DNA of 11,765 nt from Bdellovibrionia bacterium (GTDB taxonomy: Bacteria; Bdellovibrionota; UBA1018). Both the position numbers and the translations under genes were made by a program. A model generated the notes under the pieces. The model was not told the DNA's origin. It ran no database searches and was given only the letters and a program-made list of their open reading frames with translations. Location: contig JBJMMA010000023.1 in NCBI GenBank assembly GCA_045805065.1, positions 1 to 11,765 on the forward strand, given 5' to 3'. This document shows positions 6,440-11,765 of this stretch, piece after piece (position 1 is the first letter of the stretch; the number at the start of each line of letters is the position of its first letter).

Positions 6440-7222
6440 ATGAAGCTTAATCAGAAAAGGCTCGCAAAACGAAAGATTGCCGTCTTAGTTGCCGACGGAT
6501 TCGAGATGGCTGAATATATGGTCCCGGTGAATGCCCTTCGGATGGCGGGAGCTGACGTCACTGTCGTTTCGCTCCGGTCCGGCCGGATCCGAGGCGTCAA
6601 CTTGCATGAGCCTGCCCATAAGATCCGTGCTGATCTCACAGTCGATCAAGCGAATGAAGCGGACTACGATGCCTTGTTCGTCCCTGGTGGATTCATCAAT
6701 CCCGATCTGTTGCGACAATCGGCTCAGGTTCGCGGTTTTGTGAGCGATTTTGAGCGCTCCAAAAAGCCAATCGCGACGCTTTGTCACGGTCCATGGGTGC
6801 TCGCATCGGCCGGGCTTTCGAGCGGACGCACTCTGACCTCCTGGCCTGGCACGCGTGACGACATGGTCAACGCAGGTGCGACGTGGTTGGATCAGGCCGT
6901 TGTGCGCGACGGAAATTGGGTGACCAGCCGCGGGCCTCAGGACTTCGCGGATTTCGTTCCCGCCATGATCGATTTGTTCACTCGATCGACTTTCGCACCA
7001 GAAAACCTCGGTGATAATGAGAGAGCGGTATCGTCGCCACAGCGAGACGAACCCCCTAGCGTCGTGTTGTCGGCCTTCAAGTGGATGCCGCGGCCTTCGC
7101 TCCGAGGATTTGCGCTCGGTCTGTTGGTTGGAGGATTGACCATTGCTAGCCGCCGCGTTGCTTCGCGACAGGCGCAGTCAAGAAACGAGGCGCAGCGGGA
7201 CGACTTCGCGATCGCGGTGTGA
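6440..7222 (+). CDS. PfpI/DJ-1 family type 1 glutamine amidotransferase-like protein with C-terminal hydrophobic extension
   Basis: DGFExxE, YDALFVPGG..NPD.LR, nucleophile elbow LCHGPW, VVRDGNWVTSRGPQD; RBS GGAGGA upstream. Confidence 0.92.
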   Translation: MKLNQKRLAKRKIAVLVADGFEMAEYMVPVNALRMAGADVTVVSLRSGRIRGVNLHEPAHKIRADLTVDQANEADYDALFVPGGFINPDLLRQSAQVRGFVSDFERSKKPIATLCHGPWVLASAGLSSGRTLTSWPGTRDDMVNAGATWLDQAVVRDGNWVTSRGPQDFADFVPAMIDLFTRSTFAPENLGDNERAVSSPQRDEPPSVVLSAFKWMPRPSLRGFALGLLVGGLTIASRRVASRQAQSRNEAQRDDFAIAV

Positions 7223-7345
7223 CGCTCGCAGGTAAAGTAAGTGGTGATTGTTTTTTTTAAGTCGCTCATTCAGTGATCAAGAAATTTTTCGTATTCCACT
7301 GCATAGCAGCGACGAGATGGCCTCTGGCCTGCACTGCTTTTAAGG

Positions 7346-8575
7346 GTGGCCAATCGACTAGCCGATGTTGCTCGGCGTTTCAGCGAAAATAAAGAAACAA
7401 TCCTCCAGGAGTGGGAACGCGCTGTATTAGAGGAGATACCCGAAGCAAGGGATAAGGGAAAAAAAGCGATCAGGAACAGCATTCCCGCGCTCTTGGAGAA
7501 AATCGCGCGCACGCTTTCGAAAGAGTCTCCTAAAGATACCGCTGATTTTGAGTCCGAGCTTTCAATGGCGAAGGAGCACGGTCAGCAGAGAGCAAGGTTC
7601 ACGGATTACTCGATGGAGCAGGTGATTCACGAATACCAGCTTCTGAGAAAAGTCATATTACGAGTCCTGGAGAAAAAAAAGCCTCTCAATTCTCAAGATC
7701 GTGATGTGATCATTGACGCCGTCGCGCTTGGCGAGCGGATTGCCGCATCTGAGTTCCATAACCTTCATCTCAAATCAATGCGCGATTTAAGTGAACGCAC
7801 CGAACAGAGGGATGTCGCTCAAAAGCAGAGGGATGATTCCAGAATCGAAGTACGCGATCTCATCTCAGAACGAGGAATGCGAGAGAGCTTTGTTTCGGGC
7901 TTGGCGCATGACTTGAGGACGCCGATCACCGCAGCTCGAATGAACCTGGAGCTTCTAATTCGAAGAAGAAATGATGTGGGGGCCTTGGAGCTCCATACAG
8001 GTCGAGCCTTGGGAGAGCTTTCGCGTCTTGAGGGCATGATTCAGGATCTTCTGGATGCAAATCGAATCCGAGCTGGCGTGAAGCTGCCCATCAAGCTGGC
8101 TGGCTTTGATCTCGTCGAAGAAGTTCAACATACTCTTGATTCTTTGGCTGCGGTGCACGGGGATCGGTTCGAACTTGAGGCAGAGGAAAGGGTTGTGGGC
8201 TATTGGGATCGAAAAGGAATCAGGCGTATCGTTGAAAATCTCTGCATCAATGCCATCAAGTATGGCGATAAAACCACTGAGGTCACCGTTTGCATAAAAC
8301 CAAACTGGGACGAAAGAAGGGTGGAGCTCTCTATCCATAACTGGGGACCTGTCATCGATAGTGAATCCCAGAAGACGGTTTTCGAGCAGTTCCGAAGAGC
8401 GAGCTTGAAAGACATCCATAGCATTCACGGATGGGGAATCGGTCTGGCCGTAGTTCGTGGAATGGCGGAATCACACGGCGGTCATGTTGAAGTTCAAAGC
8501 AGTCCGGAGGAAGGGACTACTTTCAAGCTCCTCCTGCCAATCGACGCTCGAGAGCGGTTGCAGCGCGCGAGTTAA
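7346..8575 (+). CDS. Soluble sensor histidine kinase (N-terminal RsbRD_N-like helical domain, HisKA, HATPase_c)
   Basis: H-box AHDLRTPI, N-box NLCINAIKYG, G1-like HNWGPVI, F-box VFEQF, G2 GWGIGLAVV..HGG. N-terminal ILQEW...EHGQQRA...EYQLLR pattern; no TM segment. GTG start is uncertain. Confidence 0.9.
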   Translation: MANRLADVARRFSENKETILQEWERAVLEEIPEARDKGKKAIRNSIPALLEKIARTLSKESPKDTADFESELSMAKEHGQQRARFTDYSMEQVIHEYQLLRKVILRVLEKKKPLNSQDRDVIIDAVALGERIAASEFHNLHLKSMRDLSERTEQRDVAQKQRDDSRIEVRDLISERGMRESFVSGLAHDLRTPITAARMNLELLIRRRNDVGALELHTGRALGELSRLEGMIQDLLDANRIRAGVKLPIKLAGFDLVEEVQHTLDSLAAVHGDRFELEAEERVVGYWDRKGIRRIVENLCINAIKYGDKTTEVTVCIKPNWDERRVELSIHNWGPVIDSESQKTVFEQFRRASLKDIHSIHGWGIGLAVVRGMAESHGGHVEVQSSPEEGTTFKLLLPIDARERLQRAS

Positions 8576-8632
8576 GTCGCAAACCCCAAACCTACTAAAC
8601 TATTTGGGATTTCCTAACGGCCAGCGCCAGGA

Positions 8633-8677
8633 TTGACATTTCCTGATAGTTCTATTATTCTAGAAATATGGAAATGT
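8633..8677 (+). promoter_or_regulatory. ars operon sigma70 promoter with overlapping palindromic operator
   Basis: TTGACA (8633-8638)-N17-TATTCT (8656-8661)-N6-ATG 8668. Inverted repeats ACATTTCC (8636-8643)/GGAAATGT (8670-8677) and inner TTCTA (8650-8654)/TAGAA (8661-8665). Confidence 0.72.
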
Positions 8678-9000
8678 ATGAAGCCACTGAAGCTTTCTCT
8701 TCGCTCTCTCAGGAAACCCGTCTCAAGGTTTTCAAGCTTCTGATTGAGTACGGCAGAGAAGGCGCCGTTCCAGGAAAACTGGCTGAGGAGCTCAAGATTC
8801 CGGACAATACGCTGTCTTTTCATCTCTCGCATATGAACAAGGCAGGGCTGATTACTTCAAAGAAAAACGGCCGCTCCATCACTTATTACGCGAACACGGA
8901 TCTCATCGAAGACCTGATCGATTACCTGCAGGCAAACTGTTGTGCTCGAGAAACCAAGTCCAAAACCAAGAGCAAATGCTCTCCGGAAAGGAAGTGCTAG
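8668..9000 (+). CDS. arsR: ArsR/SmtB family repressor with C-terminal Cys ligands
   Basis: LSQETRLKVFKLL, HTH 'NTLSFHL..M.KAGLI...GRSITY', C-terminal NCC plus two further Cys; first gene of the ars cluster. Confidence 0.92.
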   Translation: MEMYEATEAFSSLSQETRLKVFKLLIEYGREGAVPGKLAEELKIPDNTLSFHLSHMNKAGLITSKKNGRSITYYANTDLIEDLIDYLQANCCARETKSKTKSKCSPERKC

Positions 9001-9001
9001 T

Positions 9002-9439
9002 ATGAAACGCTTTCATATTCATGTCGGAGTTAAGAACCTGGAGAAATCGGTCCAATTCTATTCCACTCTCTTTGGACAAAAGCCAGCGAAGCTCAAGTCA
9101 GACTATGCAAAGTGGATGCTTGAGGACCCCAAACTCAACTTTGCCATCTCCACTCGCACGAACGAAGAAGGTGTTGACCACCTGGGCATTCAAGTGGACG
9201 CAGACTCCGAACTTGCCGAAATTACAGAACGCCTGAAAAACGCAGACCTTGGTGTTTACGATGAAGGTGAGACAACCTGCTGCTATGCGGAGTCCAAAAA
9301 GGCCTGGGTACAGGACCCTTCAGGCGTGGCCTGGGAAGCGTATCGCACAATGGCAGACGCTGAACTCTTCAAAGGCATGGCAGATGAAGACAAATCAGAC
9401 TGCTGTGTGCCTGATGGCTCTGAACAAAACTGCTGCTGA
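9002..9439 (+). CDS. arsI: ArsI/CadI family VOC metalloenzyme (putative C-As lyase)
   Basis: MKRFHIH, YAKWMLEDP.LNFAIS, DHLGIQV, vicinal Cys in TTCCYA, KAWVQDP.G..WE. Start moved to ATG 9002, 1 nt after the arsR stop. Confidence 0.85.
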   Translation: MKRFHIHVGVKNLEKSVQFYSTLFGQKPAKLKSDYAKWMLEDPKLNFAISTRTNEEGVDHLGIQVDADSELAEITERLKNADLGVYDEGETTCCYAESKKAWVQDPSGVAWEAYRTMADAELFKGMADEDKSDCCVPDGSEQNCC

Positions 9440-9451
9440 TCGGATCATAAA

Positions 9452-10531
9452 ATGGAGAACAGCCTTGTCAGCTCAGTCGTTTGTCCGCGTAGGGAACTGT
9501 CGTTCCTGGATCGCTACCTGACGTTATGGATCTTTCTCGCCATGGCGGGGGGCGTATTGCTGGGTTACATCGCACCAGGCCTGGTCCCAGCACTGAACCA
9601 GATGAGCGTTGGCACCACTTCGATCCCAATCGCAGTGGGCCTGATCCTCATGATGTATCCGCCTCTGGCGAAAGTGAAATACGAGGATCTGGGTCAAGTC
9701 TTCCGCAATAAGCGTGTCTTGGCTCTCTCTCTTCTCCAGAACTGGATCATGGGTCCAGTTCTGATGTTTGGATTAGCCGTGCTCCTGTTGCGCGACCGTC
9801 CTGAGTACATGATCGGGCTCATCCTGATCGGGCTTGCTCGCTGTATCGCCATGGTCATCGTGTGGAATGAGCTTGCCGAAGGAAATAGCGAATACTGCGC
9901 AGGCCTGGTTGCCTTCAACTCCATCTTTCAGATTCTATTTTTCCCTCTTTATGCTTGGTTCTTCATGACCAAGCTTCCCGCTTGGCTTGGGCTTCAAGGA
10001 TCTGAAGTCAATATCAGTATGGGAGAGATCGCGCGGTCAGTGTTTGTGTATCTAGGGATCCCATTTTTTGCAGGATTTCTTACGCGCCTGATTCTACGGA
10101 AGGCAAAAGGCGATGCATGGTATCGTGAGAACTTTCTTCCAAAGATCAGCCCCATTACGCTCACTGCGTTGCTTTTTACGATTGTTTTGATGTTCTCCAT
10201 TAAGGGCGAACAAATCGTACAATTGCCTTTGGATGTTTTGAGAATCACCCTTCCTTTGGTGATCTACTTTGGCGTGATGTTCTTGCTCTCTTTCTTCCTG
10301 AGCAAGAAGGCTGGAGCGGATTACCCTCAAGCAGCAACGCTTTCTTTCACCGCAGCCTCGAACAACTTTGAGCTTGCGATTGCAGTCGCGATTGCAACGT
10401 TTGGTATTCACCACGGCGCAGCTTTTGCCGCCGTGATTGGTCCACTGGTTGAGGTCCCAGCACTCATTGCTCTGGTGCAACTGGCCTTGAGATTCAAAGC
10501 TAAGTTCTTTGACAGGAAATCTCTCGCGTGA
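9452..10531 (+). CDS. acr3: Acr3 family arsenite efflux transporter
   Basis: [55 protein letters not shown]; multiple hydrophobic helices. Confidence 0.96.
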   Translation: MENSLVSSVVCPRRELSFLDRYLTLWIFLAMAGGVLLGYIAPGLVPALNQMSVGTTSIPIAVGLILMMYPPLAKVKYEDLGQVFRNKRVLALSLLQNWIMGPVLMFGLAVLLLRDRPEYMIGLILIGLARCIAMVIVWNELAEGNSEYCAGLVAFNSIFQILFFPLYAWFFMTKLPAWLGLQGSEVNISMGEIARSVFVYLGIPFFAGFLTRLILRKAKGDAWYRENFLPKISPITLTALLFTIVLMFSIKGEQIVQLPLDVLRITLPLVIYFGVMFLLSFFLSKKAGADYPQAATLSFTAASNNFELAIAVAIATFGIHHGAAFAAVIGPLVEVPALIALVQLALRFKAKFFDRKSLA

Positions 10532-10971
10532 AAAAGATCCTCTTCATGTGCGTTGCCAATTCCGCTCGTAGTCAGTTAGCAGAAGGGCTCGCACGTCACT
10601 TGTTCGGTGATCAGATTGAGGTACAGAGTGCTGGTTCGAAGCCTACGAAGCCAAATCCCTTTGCCATCCAAGTCATGAAAGAAATCGGAATTGATATCTC
10701 ACAGCATTACTCAAAGACGTATGACGAACTTCCTCCTCGGTTCCTGGTGGACTTGGACTGCGTCATTACTCTTTGCGCCGAAGAGATATGTCCCGTGATC
10801 GTTTCTAAAGCAAAAAAGATCCATTGGCCGTTCCCTGATCCCGCAGGCCATGGCGGTTGCGATGAGCTGCAGCTTCAGCGCTTTCGAGAAACACGTGATG
10901 CGATCACAGCAAAGCTGAAAGCTTCTATTTTAGTGAATGGGGAAGCGCAGAGCGGCTATTCCAACGGGTGA
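10528..10971 (+). CDS. arsC: Arsenate reductase, LMW-PTP (thioredoxin-type) fold
   Basis: P-loop [38 protein letters not shown] overlap with acr3. Confidence 0.92.
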   Translation: MKKILFMCVANSARSQLAEGLARHLFGDQIEVQSAGSKPTKPNPFAIQVMKEIGIDISQHYSKTYDELPPRFLVDLDCVITLCAEEICPVIVSKAKKIHWPFPDPAGHGGCDELQLQRFRETRDAITAKLKASILVNGEAQSGYSNG

Positions 10972-11600
10972 TCGTAGCCCTCAAGATCCTTCAGCTGACG
11001 TATGCCGTTCTTCAGAACAGCACGCAGGGTTTCCGAGATCGTTGCGGCCTCGAGGATTTTCTGGTCCTCGTACACGCCAAAACCAAACATGGTGGCGATG
11101 GCATAGGAGAGAGCAAGAGGTTCGTCGTCCAGCGCGGCTAGAGCGCCAAGATCGACCGGAAGTTCAGCTTTTACGAGCTCAAGCAGTTTGCGCACGAGCC
11201 CAAGAAGGGGATCCAAAAAGACTCCGGTTGAACCTGAGACATCATCCACGGGAGCCCCATGGGCTCGCACTGCTCCTGACAAGAAGGGCTCCTTATGAAT
11301 GATCCCTTCGAGAAAAATCCGTTCGACTCCCACGATTTTTACCCGAAAGCCCTCTTCGACTTCAGAGATACTCTCGATAATCCCGCGCGTACCTACACGA
11401 TACAATTGCGAAGTGTCGCTGATCCGCTCGGTCGAATAGTCGCGCTGAGCAAAAACGGCAATCGACTGATCGTCCCTTTGCAATGCGACTCTTGAGGCTT
11501 CCACTGTTTCAGCGCGACCGATGATGACAGACACGGCTAATTCAGGGAACAAAACCGAGCCTCGGAGTGGAAGAATTGGCATCAGCAGAATGTCATTCAT
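10956..11600 (-). CDS. Isolated Lon protease N-terminal substrate-binding domain protein (possibly a truncated lon)
   Basis: MPILPLRGSVLFP...IGR, VFAQRD, LYRVGTRGII, VKIVGVERI, QKILEA..I.E.L match the Lon N-domain; no Walker A or Ser-Lys protease domain follows. Confidence 0.8.
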   Translation of the reverse strand: MNDILLMPILPLRGSVLFPELAVSVIIGRAETVEASRVALQRDDQSIAVFAQRDYSTERISDTSQLYRVGTRGIIESISEVEEGFRVKIVGVERIFLEGIIHKEPFLSGAVRAHGAPVDDVSGSTGVFLDPLLGLVRKLLELVKAELPVDLGALAALDDEPLALSYAIATMFGFGVYEDQKILEAATISETLRAVLKNGIRQLKDLEGYDHPLE

Positions 11601-11765
11601 GCGTATTCCATTGCTGCACTTAAAATACCGCTCTAAGCAGCTTGAATGGGATAATTGCCAAAGCGAGCATCCAATTACTGGCGCCTGAAGTGCAGAGACA
11701 TAAGGCTCAAATGGTTCTCAGAGCAGGTGCATTAACGAATTCGAGTGGCATTTTAACTCCAGAGC

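Noticed and set aside
7341..7368. sigma28-like TAAG-N16-GCCGATGT
   Set aside because: Spacing is off by one, the -10 is weaker, it overlaps the kinase coding start and no suitable start codon follows.
8581..8612. Weak inverted repeat CCCAAA/TTTGGG after the kinase gene
   Set aside because: Short stem, 12-nt loop and poor U-tract; cannot be called a terminator or mobile-element end.
8942..9001. Upstream extension of the arsI ORF
   Set aside because: Overlaps the arsR 3' end; family similarity begins at MKRFHIH (9002).
1..11765. CRISPR array, transposase, integrase, prophage or defence system
   Set aside because: No regularly spaced repeats or recognisable genes of these classes were seen.

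Overview
Bacterial chromosomal window of roughly 50% GC. Gene style (GYF_2 membrane protein, stand-alone PilZ proteins, sigma28 promoters, apparent leaderless genes) suggests Bdellovibrionota/Oligoflexia or a related delta-type lineage, which is inference only. The left part holds the 5' end of a formimidoylglutamase (hutG-like, minus strand, absent from the ORF track), a GYF_2-TM protein coupled to a PilZ protein, a second PilZ protein with its own sigma28 (FliA)-type promoter, a small acidic secreted protein, and a converging sigma28-type operon of two microproteins. One of these (76 aa) looks like a free-standing copy of the FliG-binding C-terminal tail of the flagellar MS-ring protein FliF. 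This candidate c-di-GMP/sigma28 flagellar-control module is the most interesting observation. The middle holds a secreted phytochelatin-synthase-family protein, a cupredoxin-like lipoprotein lacking type-1 Cu ligands, and tRNA-Arg(ACG) with a bidirectional terminator. The right part holds an M14 metallopeptidase, a PfpI/DJ-1 protein, an orphan soluble histidine kinase, an arsR-arsI-acr3-arsC operon with promoter/operator, and a converging isolated Lon N-terminal domain. No integrase, transposase or CRISPR array was seen. All family calls come from motif recognition by eye, with no database searches.
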